DNA of 30,241 nt, taken from a virus. Lineage: Duplodnaviria > Caudoviricetes. A program made the translations under genes and the position numbers. Location of the stretch: the IMG/VR virus record IMGVR_UViG_3300029183_000026, positions 1 through 30,241 of that record. The stretch is one strand, 5' to 3'. The notes under the pieces were generated by a model, which was not told the origin of the DNA, ran no database searches, and saw only the letters and a list, made by a program, of their open reading frames with translations. Below are positions 23,231 through 30,241 of this stretch, piece by piece. Numbering within the stretch: position 1 is the stretch's first letter; every line of letters begins with the position of its first letter.

Positions 23231-23494
23231 TCAGAGAAGCATTTCCTTTTCTTTACTTTTTCTGTTCTTATAATCAGCATGATTAATAATAACAGTTAAG
23301 AGGTCTGATTCATTTGCTGGAATAGAATCAATTGTCGGATCATTTATAAGCTTTTCCTGCCATTCATCAAATAAACGACATTTACATTTATAAATTTTTC
23401 CTTTGACTGCATTTTTTATCCATTTCTCGATATCTACAATATCATTTTCAAGATATTTGATTTCTTCATCAGTTAAGTTAATTGTAATTTTCAT
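23231..23494 (-). CDS. Putative tail-fibre partner/assembly protein
   Basis: Small gene directly after the C1q-tipped fibre gene; AGGAG RBS. Confidence 0.5.
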   Translation of the reverse strand: MKITINLTDEEIKYLENDIVDIEKWIKNAVKGKIYKCKCRLFDEWQEKLINDPTIDSIPANESDLLTVIINHADYKNRKSKEKEMLL

Positions 23495-23503
23495 ATTTTT
23501 CTC

Positions 23504-24859
23504 CTAAGCTAAAAGTTCACCACTGAAACCTGTGATGGTTAATGTTCCATTTCCACCAATATCTACTACTTTTGTGCTATTAACAGATGCTACTCTAATC
23601 AACGCTGTATCTGAAGCATCCATATCTACTATCATAGATCCATTTAACTCCAAAAGATTTAAATTATCCCTAGCAGAGGCGTCTTGACTATTTAATTCAT
23701 AATTCCAATTTGAAGTGACTATCGTTGTGGTATTCCTAGTGTGTAAGATAGTTAAACCTTCGAATCTAACTGTAAAAGTAAGGAGATATTTTCCATCGAC
23801 TGGTGCAGTGAAAATTCCAGTCCCAGTATTAAAATCAGATCCTAAATCAAATCTTTCTGCATTAAACACAATGTCGTATGCCGTACCGTCTCCTGTAACA
23901 TTTGAAACGGTACTGTTTAAATATGCATGAAAACATGGTTGCGATCGTGCTTTAAACTGACCTAAATCTGTAAATGTTCCACTTTGCGTCGTTGTATTAG
24001 TGTCATTTCCAGTGTTTGAGTAGGAAATACTACTATAATTTAAAGTTCCAGCTCCTGTGATTGGATTTGTATTTGTCGAAGAAACATCCGTATTAGAAAT
24101 CGTTGCTGTTCCACCAACAGAAATAGCAGAAGCTGTTCCTGTTCTAAAATGACATCCTTCAATTATATTATCCCCACTTCCACCAAGAGTCAAAGATGTG
24201 GCATTTATTGCATCTAGTCTGAAGAAACAATCAGTTGCTTCAAAAGAATTGGTTCCAGATGTTGTTATTGGCCAACGACACTCGCAATAATCCATTCTTA
24301 CAGTTCCTGCACTTGATGTTGCTGCTGTCGTCGATCCACCATTATTTGAGTGATGACAATATCTGAATTGAAGAAATCCAATGGATGACATGTCAAAAGG
24401 TTTATAAGCACCAGAAGGATCAACTGTGCTTTCAAAAATATTTAATATTGATGATGAATTAGAATTTGTGTACTGGATAATGTCATTATCTGATCCAAAT
24501 AACCTACAATTCTTTATCGTTAAGAAATTTGTATTTGAACCTATGAATGAAATTGCATAATCTCCATTAGTTTCAATACGAAGCTCTGATAAAATACACG
24601 ACTCATTAGATGCAAGATCACAAGTAATTTTTCCAACAATACTTGGATTGGTCATACTTGTAGAAAATGCCGTTAAATCAACACCTGCTTTTAATGTTAG
24701 ATCTTCTGTATATGTACCAGGCTTAATAAAAATAATGTCTCCTGAAGAGGCATCTGTAATTGCACTAGATATAGTGGTGTGTGTTGCTCCTTCATCAAGA
24801 GTAGGAGCTACGATCCATTTCGCTGTAGCAAACTTATTTGTAGATACTTGTTGTGCCAT
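23504..24859 (-). CDS. Tailspike/fibre: pectin-lyase-like beta-helix plus C-terminal C1q-like domain
   Basis: TISSAITDA..GDIIFIKPGTYTEDL beta-helix cap; PCFHAY...F....FD.GS.FN..TG.FTAPVDG.Y...FSG.LL C1q signature. Confidence 0.8.
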   Translation of the reverse strand: MAQQVSTNKFATAKWIVAPTLDEGATHTTISSAITDASSGDIIFIKPGTYTEDLTLKAGVDLTAFSTSMTNPSIVGKITCDLASNESCILSELRIETNGDYAISFIGSNTNFLTIKNCRLFGSDNDIIQYTNSNSSSILNIFESTVDPSGAYKPFDMSSIGFLQFRYCHHSNNGGSTTAATSSAGTVRMDYCECRWPITTSGTNSFEATDCFFRLDAINATSLTLGGSGDNIIEGCHFRTGTASAISVGGTATISNTDVSSTNTNPITGAGTLNYSSISYSNTGNDTNTTTQSGTFTDLGQFKARSQPCFHAYLNSTVSNVTGDGTAYDIVFNAERFDLGSDFNTGTGIFTAPVDGKYLLTFTVRFEGLTILHTRNTTTIVTSNWNYELNSQDASARDNLNLLELNGSMIVDMDASDTALIRVASVNSTKVVDIGGNGTLTITGFSGELLA

Positions 24860-24875
24860 AATATCCTCTACCTAA

Positions 24876-25460
24876 TTAAATAATGGTCCAGTTTCCTACA
24901 CCATCTAAAACATAATATTCATTTGCATCCACACATACAATGTGTACGCTATCCCCAACGGATGTAGCTTCTATATATCCGCCAGCCCCTACAGTTGTCG
25001 ACTGATTTCCAAAAATAATTTGATCACTCGCGTTTTGAGCGATTCGAACCAAACCAGATCCTTTGACTAAAACACGGAATTCATCTCCAAGTACACAAGC
25101 AGAAGGCAAAGTCAATGTTACCAAAGACCCATTATTAGCTACATATCCTGTCTTAGATTCAATATCATCTGATGTATCCGTTACAATTATCCAGTTGGTA
25201 ATACCAGCATTACCTGTTGTTATATCAATACGAACCCATGTAGCATCGCCATTTGATTCAAACTTAATTAACTTCCAGAATTCCCCTTCTGTAGCTGGTG
25301 ATGAAGCATTCTTATTTACTCTCCATTCACACCATATGGGAAACTTTTTATCTGTAGTAGTAGGACGACGAACAGATTGAATAACAGGAACAGTCGAAAG
25401 GCGCCTATCAACATATGACAGAGAATCTACATTTTGTCCTGGAACACCAAATCTAACCAT
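24876..25460 (-). CDS. Tail/virion appendage protein
   Basis: N-terminal R.PTTTD.KFPI..EW anchor-like motif; C-terminal domain paralogous to that of 25492..26850. Confidence 0.65.
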   Translation of the reverse strand: MVRFGVPGQNVDSLSYVDRRLSTVPVIQSVRRPTTTDKKFPIWCEWRVNKNASSPATEGEFWKLIKFESNGDATWVRIDITTGNAGITNWIIVTDTSDDIESKTGYVANNGSLVTLTLPSACVLGDEFRVLVKGSGLVRIAQNASDQIIFGNQSTTVGAGGYIEATSVGDSVHIVCVDANEYYVLDGVGNWTII

Positions 25461-25491
25461 TTTTTCTCCTATTTTATTCTAATTCTATCGT

Positions 25492-26850
25492 CTAAGTTAT
25501 AGTGATATTTCCAATGGAACTCAGAACATTAAAATCTGTATTTGCTGTTACACATACCAATTCAACAGTATCTCTCCTATGACTACTAGCTAAACTTCCA
25601 CCAGCTCCTGTAGTCGTTGACTGGTTTCCAAAATGTACCGTTTGTCCAGCATTTTGAGCTAATGACCATCCTCCAGCACCTTCTCCTGTTACTCGAATAA
25701 CTTCTCCTAATGCTGCAGTTGATGGAAGAGTAACTGTAACAAGAGATGCATTATTCGTAATATATCCAGTATTTACTGCTGCAGATTGTGTCGTTCCCGT
25801 TACCTCTACCCATGCCAGCCCACCACCAGATGATGCTACCGTTATACTTCCTGCTCCTTCAGTAATAGTAATTCCACTACCTTCTGTCAAAGTAGCTAAA
25901 ACTGGATCAGAACCAGTAGATCCTATTAGCAACTGTCCATTCGTTGGCTGCGCTGTAACAGTCACTGCTGAAGTACCACTTCCAATAAGAACACCACCAT
26001 CTGTTAATGTAGTCGCTCCCGTTCCCCCATTTGATACTGTGACTGGACTATCTAAATTAATCGTCATATTAGACGAAGAACCAGATGTTCCTATTCCTGT
26101 TCCACCAACAATATTGATATTTCCACTAGTTGGTGAAATTGCCCCTCCGGTATCTCCAGTAAGAGTAAGAATCGCATCGTTTCCTGCTGCTACTGCTAGA
26201 TCAATGCTTCCTGCTCCTGGAGTAATCGTTATGGAACCATCTGCTGAAGCTAAAGATGCTGCTACAGGAGACAATCCTGTAGACCCAATCACAAGCTGAC
26301 CATTCGTTAGAGGACCAAGCTCTGAGACTGTTGTGTTGGAACCTGCTCCATAAAGAAGTGTGTTTGCTGTAGCCTGTACATTTAAAGTAAGAGTATTTGC
26401 AACTGAACCATCAGAGTAAATAGATGTTCCTGTTACATCGACATTTCCCGCTCCATCTGGTGTTACTGGACCAGAAATATCAGTAGAGAATGAATCTAAT
26501 CCAATACCCCCTCCTATAAGACTGACATAACCATCTGAATCTACACTGAAATGAGTATCATTAAATTGTACAAGACCTGCAGCATTTGTATTTCCTGGTG
26601 CTCCAGTTACAGATGATCCAACTTGAACTTCAATGTTAAAAGCATTTGCTGCTCTTGCATGAGTTTCTACAGGAATACTATGAGCTGATACAGCTGCACC
26701 ACCGATTGTAATAGCACCGGCACCAGTGGGAAGAGCAGGATCAGTACCAGGAGCTGTGTTGGCATCGATATCAAACTGAACTGTGGCTGTTCCATTTCCA
26801 ATACTCACTAAGTCTGGCTTACATGTGAATGGATTTAGTTTTGTTGGCAT
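25492..26850 (-). CDS. Tail fibre protein (G/S/T-rich repeats)
   Basis: LNPFT N-terminus, V.NGGTGATT motif, NGQL.IGSTG..PV.A.L twice, LTGDTGGAISP module. Confidence 0.75.
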   Translation of the reverse strand: MPTKLNPFTCKPDLVSIGNGTATVQFDIDANTAPGTDPALPTGAGAITIGGAAVSAHSIPVETHARAANAFNIEVQVGSSVTGAPGNTNAAGLVQFNDTHFSVDSDGYVSLIGGGIGLDSFSTDISGPVTPDGAGNVDVTGTSIYSDGSVANTLTLNVQATANTLLYGAGSNTTVSELGPLTNGQLVIGSTGLSPVAASLASADGSITITPGAGSIDLAVAAGNDAILTLTGDTGGAISPTSGNINIVGGTGIGTSGSSSNMTINLDSPVTVSNGGTGATTLTDGGVLIGSGTSAVTVTAQPTNGQLLIGSTGSDPVLATLTEGSGITITEGAGSITVASSGGGLAWVEVTGTTQSAAVNTGYITNNASLVTVTLPSTAALGEVIRVTGEGAGGWSLAQNAGQTVHFGNQSTTTGAGGSLASSHRRDTVELVCVTANTDFNVLSSIGNITIT

Positions 26851-26866
26851 TCAATCTCTCCTGTTT

Positions 26867-27166
26867 TCACGAATAGGTATATCCGGCTCGTGCACTCCAA
26901 GAAAATTCGTATTCTGAGGAAGCATTCCCTTCTGAGTTCTGAGGCCATGTCCTAGAGGTAAGAGACTGATTGGCATCATATGCTTGAAATGATATCTGCC
27001 ACTTATCTTCTGATTCACCAGTCCCTACTTTAGCTCTTCCAATGAAAATTGCATTTCCATTTCCATCATTTTGCACTCTGATGGCTACTTCACAATCCGA
27101 GACGATAAACTCTCTTCTGTCTCGAGCTCCGTATTTAAATGGTCTATTTTGTCCACTTCGTGTCAT
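26867..27166 (-). CDS. Small tail-associated protein
   Basis: IG.A..G......WQI...F.W..RA..TY pattern, typically found next to NPFT-type fibre genes. Confidence 0.6.
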   Translation of the reverse strand: MTRSGQNRPFKYGARDRREFIVSDCEVAIRVQNDGNGNAIFIGRAKVGTGESEDKWQISFQAYDANQSLTSRTWPQNSEGNASSEYEFSWSARAGYTYS

Positions 27167-27178
27167 AGTTTTTCTCCA

Positions 27179-27604
27179 TCAAAGTTCATCTGTTATATAT
27201 GATCCAGCAATATTTATCTCGGAATTATTATTAACGTTTGTGTTATTAGCTAAATCAATTGCTATATCATTTCCTTCTTGGAAAATTAATATAATATTAG
27301 TTAAAGGATTAATAACACCTTTAAAGCTTGTGTAAGACGCGTCTAATATTAAATCGCTGATTGTTCCTTCTACAATAGCACCCGTTAAACCTGCATCAAA
27401 TGGAAGTCCGAAAATCGTTAAGTTTCCTACGGCAGATCCTTTATCTGACAATTTCATTGAAAAGGAAAAATTAACAACTTTTCCTATCTTAACATAAGAA
27501 CCGGATCGAGATTCATAAGTAATACCTGTGGAGGAGCCAGAAAACTCCAACTCTGGATTAAAGGTACCCCTGATGTAGTCTCGGTCTAGTGATTGTCCAC
27601 TCAT
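27179..27604 (-). CDS. Tail-fibre-tip-like beta-sandwich protein (paralog A)
   Basis: TGITY.SRSGSYVK.G.VVN...KGSA.G.LTI.GLPF...I.I.G.Y. Confidence 0.7.
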   Translation of the reverse strand: MSGQSLDRDYIRGTFNPELEFSGSSTGITYESRSGSYVKIGKVVNFSFSMKLSDKGSAVGNLTIFGLPFDAGLTGAIVEGTISDLILDASYTSFKGVINPLTNIILIFQEGNDIAIDLANNTNVNNNSEINIAGSYITDEL

Positions 27605-28020
27605 GCTAAAAAGTATGCCCCCGATATATTAATAGAGGTCGTGTTATTAAAGTCTGCATCATCAACTAAGAGAGCAGCAACATTATCCCCTTCTTGGAAA
27701 ATCGATATCGTAGCAGCTGAAGCATTCACCTGACCTTTAAATGTGTCATACGATGCTCCCAGTCTTAGAAATGATGCAACTACAGTTGCTTGTCCAATGT
27801 TAGGTCCATTTGTGAATGGAAGTCCCGCTATTGTTAAATCACCATTGGCAGATCCTTTGCTAGACAAATTGATGGCACAGCTGTAGTTCACTACATTTCC
27901 AGTCTTTACATATGAGCCCGATCTTGATGAATAGGTGATTCCGGTTGTGGCACCACCAAATTGAACATCTGGTGTAAAGGATCCGCTCGTCTGCGTAATT
28001 GATGTCTTTTGCTCACTCAT
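27601..28020 (-). CDS. Tail-fibre-tip-like beta-sandwich protein (paralog B)
   Basis: Colinear with 27179..27604 over its full length. Confidence 0.7.
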   Translation of the reverse strand: MSEQKTSITQTSGSFTPDVQFGGATTGITYSSRSGSYVKTGNVVNYSCAINLSSKGSANGDLTIAGLPFTNGPNIGQATVVASFLRLGASYDTFKGQVNASAATISIFQEGDNVAALLVDDADFNNTTSINISGAYFLA

Positions 28021-28358
28021 TAGGCAATCCCAAGTACGGTAAGATAAACCGATCCTGAGCTCGCTGCCCCACTTGCTTGTTTCACATAGAATCTCGATCC
28101 CTTAGGAAAAAATAGACCCTCTTCCGACAACTGATTCGCATTCACATCTATGGTGAATGAAGCTGATGATGGAATGATATCATGATCAGTTGATCCGTCA
28201 GTGGAGATTAGTAAATCTACATCAGTTCCATTGTAGATTTTTACTACTAGGGCGCGGCTAGCGAAGACCGCACCAATTGCTGCGTATGTACCACTAATCG
28301 ATCCAAATGCTAAAGATCTTAGTGTTTCATAGTCAATTCTTAGTGAGTTTCCTGCCAT
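28020..28358 (-). CDS. Virion protein (beta-rich)
   Basis: 112 aa; AGGAG RBS; in the tail operon. Confidence 0.6.
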   Translation of the reverse strand: MAGNSLRIDYETLRSLAFGSISGTYAAIGAVFASRALVVKIYNGTDVDLLISTDGSTDHDIIPSSASFTIDVNANQLSEEGLFFPKGSRFYVKQASGAASSGSVYLTVLGIA

Positions 28359-28367
28359 TTGATCTCC

Positions 28368-29213
28368 TTAAGTTAAAATATATTCAGTAATGATAACAAC
28401 ACCATCGGCGCCATCACCACCTTTTCTTGCAACCTGGCTCACACCGTTTCCTCCTCCACCACCTCCAGCACCATAAGATAATCCATCAAGACCGTCAGCG
28501 CTCACTCCATGTGCTGAATGTCCACCAGTACCATACTGACTATTTCCACCTTCTCCTGGAAATAAAAGAGTAGCATTAGAAACACCAGAGTGACCCCTAT
28601 GCCCAACAACTCTAAAGTCTCCACCAGAACCCCCTGTTCCTCCCTGAGAACCATTTCCATAGGCTGTTGTTGTCGATGTACCTTCTGCACCTCCCAAACC
28701 ACCAGACGATGTAATCAATGACCCTAGGCTAGATGTATTCCCATTACCTCCAACACCACCTGTCACGCCAACGCCTCCCGCTCCAATAGTGACAACTTGA
28801 GAAGCTCCTATCTGAGCTTCAGTGAACTCTCCTCTAGCATACTCTCCTGCTCCTCCTCCACCACCTACAGAGTAAGTACTTCCACTGGTAGAATCAGCAC
28901 CTCCGCCAGCGGCTCCGCTTCCAACAACTTCAACAATGCACGCTTGCATGTTAGCTGTTGGAGTATAGGTTCCACTAGACTCAAATACCTGTACATTCAC
29001 TGAAAACACGGGGGCATGTGCTGCCGTCCATGTTGCCGATCCAGCGACTACACTTGTCAGAGTAAAAGCATTGTTTGACGCCTTATTGATCCATCGAATG
29101 CCAATTGGGACTCCTTTGTCTGCAGTTGTTGGGTCTCTATTAGATATAATGGGATTTGGAAATATATTAGCGAGTGGTAATCCAACCGCTGGTGACCTAT
29201 TAATACTTGTCAT
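28368..29213 (-). CDS. Glycine-rich tail-fibre/adhesin protein
   Basis: VQVF.SSGTYTP....VEVVG.G..GGG...GGGGAG...G.DGVVII.EY glycine-rich domain; N-terminal RDPTTAD..PIG.RW motif. Confidence 0.75.
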   Translation of the reverse strand: MTSINRSPAVGLPLANIFPNPIISNRDPTTADKGVPIGIRWINKASNNAFTLTSVVAGSATWTAAHAPVFSVNVQVFESSGTYTPTANMQACIVEVVGSGAAGGGADSTSGSTYSVGGGGGAGEYARGEFTEAQIGASQVVTIGAGGVGVTGGVGGNGNTSSLGSLITSSGGLGGAEGTSTTTAYGNGSQGGTGGSGGDFRVVGHRGHSGVSNATLLFPGEGGNSQYGTGGHSAHGVSADGLDGLSYGAGGGGGGNGVSQVARKGGDGADGVVIITEYILT

Positions 29214-29214
29214 T

Positions 29215-30222
29215 TTACACTTCCCTCACAATAAAGTAATTTACAACTGAAATATCACCAGTTTCTGTGCTTCCAGGACTACTTGCATCTCGAGATACAA
29301 TAGTAAAGCTTGTAGAAGCAATAATTGATGTGTCTAAAATACCTAATGCAGTTGACGCCCCAACACCTGCTCTTTGAAGTAAAATCCTATCAGTAGCTGC
29401 GATATTAGTATTTGCAATAGTAACGGTTCCAGCGACAAGTGTTGCTTGCCCAATAAAATCTGTAGCTGCTCCACCATTCATCTGAATCTGAGTAGCCACT
29501 GATGTCAATGCTAGGTTACCGGAGATTCCCATATTACCATCAGAATCGATCAGTGCTATTTCCACATCCGCTGAGTCTGTAATTGAGAGTTTATTCGATC
29601 CAGCAGCATCTCCTAGCTTAAGAACTGCATTCTGCCCTGAAACAACGGTTAGATCAAGATCCACACCTGCTGCCGTTGTATAAAGAGGTGAACTAGCACT
29701 CAAAGAAAAGATTGCTGCGCCATCTGAATCGACAGAAGCAATTTCCACATCCGCTGAATCTGTGATTGAGAGTTTGTTTGCTGCGCCTGTATCTCCTAGC
29801 TTAAGAACTGCATCTTGTCCTACTGGAGCTGTTAAATCTAGATCAACTCCTGCTCCTGCTGTAAATAGAGGAGCTGTAACACTAGTTGCTAAACTGATAG
29901 CGCCATCTAAGTTAAAAGTGACTGTACTTCCAGCACCTGCAGTCGTTACATTCGTTCCACCAGCTAGAGTGATATTACCTGCTGCTGGAGAAATCGCTCC
30001 TCCTGAGTCCCCTGTCAATGTATCTACATCTGAGGCTCCAGGTGCGGCTAATGTCCAAGATGCTGAACCGCTAGATAGTTGAGCTAGCATATAAACTTGT
30101 GCAGTATCGGTTCTTACCCATACTTGTCCAATTGGAAATTTAACATCTGTATTTAAAGGTGCTCTTGTTGACTTTACAGGAACAGGAAAAACATCTTGAA
30201 ATGCCCTTTCAATCCCTGGCGA
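29215..30222 (-). CDS. Tail/virion appendage protein, 5'-truncated, with a 61-aa tandem duplication
   Basis: Frame stays open upstream of ATG 30090 to the primer (GIERAFQDVFPVPVKSTRAPLNTDVKFPIGQVW...); G.ATLVAGTVTI C-terminal domain. Confidence 0.75.
   Translation of the reverse strand, partial: SPGIERAFQDVFPVPVKSTRAPLNTDVKFPIGQVWVRTDTAQVYMLAQLSSGSASWTLAAPGASDVDTLTGDSGGAISPAAGNITLAGGTNVTTAGAGSTVTFNLDGAISLATSVTAPLFTAGAGVDLDLTAPVGQDAVLKLGDTGAANKLSITDSADVEIASVDSDGAAIFSLSASSPLYTTAAGVDLDLTVVSGQNAVLKLGDAAGSNKLSITDSADVEIALIDSDGNMGISGNLALTSVATQIQMNGGAATDFIGQATLVAGTVTIANTNIAATDRILLQRAGVGASTALGILDTSIIASTSFTIVSRDASSPGSTETGDISVVNYFIVREV
29537..29885 (-). repeat. Intragenic tandem duplication, 183-bp period
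   Basis: ATTTCCACATCCGCTGA at 29558 and 29741; GVDLDLT...AVLKLGD....NKLSITDSADVEIA..DSDG twice. Confidence 0.9.
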
Positions 30223-30224
30223 CC

Positions 30225-30241
30225 GATCGTGACTGGGAAAC
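30225..30241 (-). other. Random-amplification primer tag (reverse complement), library artefact
   Basis: GATCGTGACTGGGAAAC is the reverse complement of positions 1-17. Confidence 0.95.

Noticed and set aside
23504-30222. Diversity-generating retroelement or invertible tail-fibre cassette
   Set aside because: No reverse transcriptase or invertase, and no adenine-specific TR/VR pair; paralogs differ at all base types
1-30241. Perfect 17-bp terminal inverted repeat suggesting a linear genome with ITRs or a transposon
   Set aside because: It is the GTTTCCCAGTCACGATC amplification primer, and both ends interrupt open reading frames

Overview
About 30.2 kb of a tailed dsDNA phage genome with a podovirus-like layout and an AT-rich composition. 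Both ends carry the random-amplification primer GTTTCCCAGTCACGATC, so they are library artefacts, and each end truncates a gene. From right to left on the minus strand: a cluster of modular tail/receptor-binding genes (30222-23016); a stand-alone 70-aa gene ending in a CaaX motif; then a plus-strand early operon (RecT-like annealase, YqaJ exonuclease, two small lipoproteins). A divergent control region follows, then minus-strand genes: a Cro-like HTH, a lambda-O-like initiator with internal iterons, RusA, SpoVG-like and ParB-like genes, terS and terL. An antisense HNH gene separates terL from a P22-like portal, followed by scaffold, N4-gp56-like major capsid, decoration, adaptor and tail-nozzle genes. 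No integrase, CI, polymerase, helicase, endolysin, tRNA or CRISPR array was recognised; some may lie in the missing part. The strongest unexplained signals are: (1) a hairpin + CTAYACGCGAG box in the leaders of three operons; (2) a predicted RNA between terL and portal with exactly complementary kissing loops and a mutually exclusive alternative fold; (3) a small protein ending SRRCVIL, like the Cdc42 prenylation signal, which with E1-FCCH-like and C1q domains hints at a phage of an intracellular bacterium (possibly Chlamydiae; inference only). All product calls come from motif recognition by eye, not database searches.
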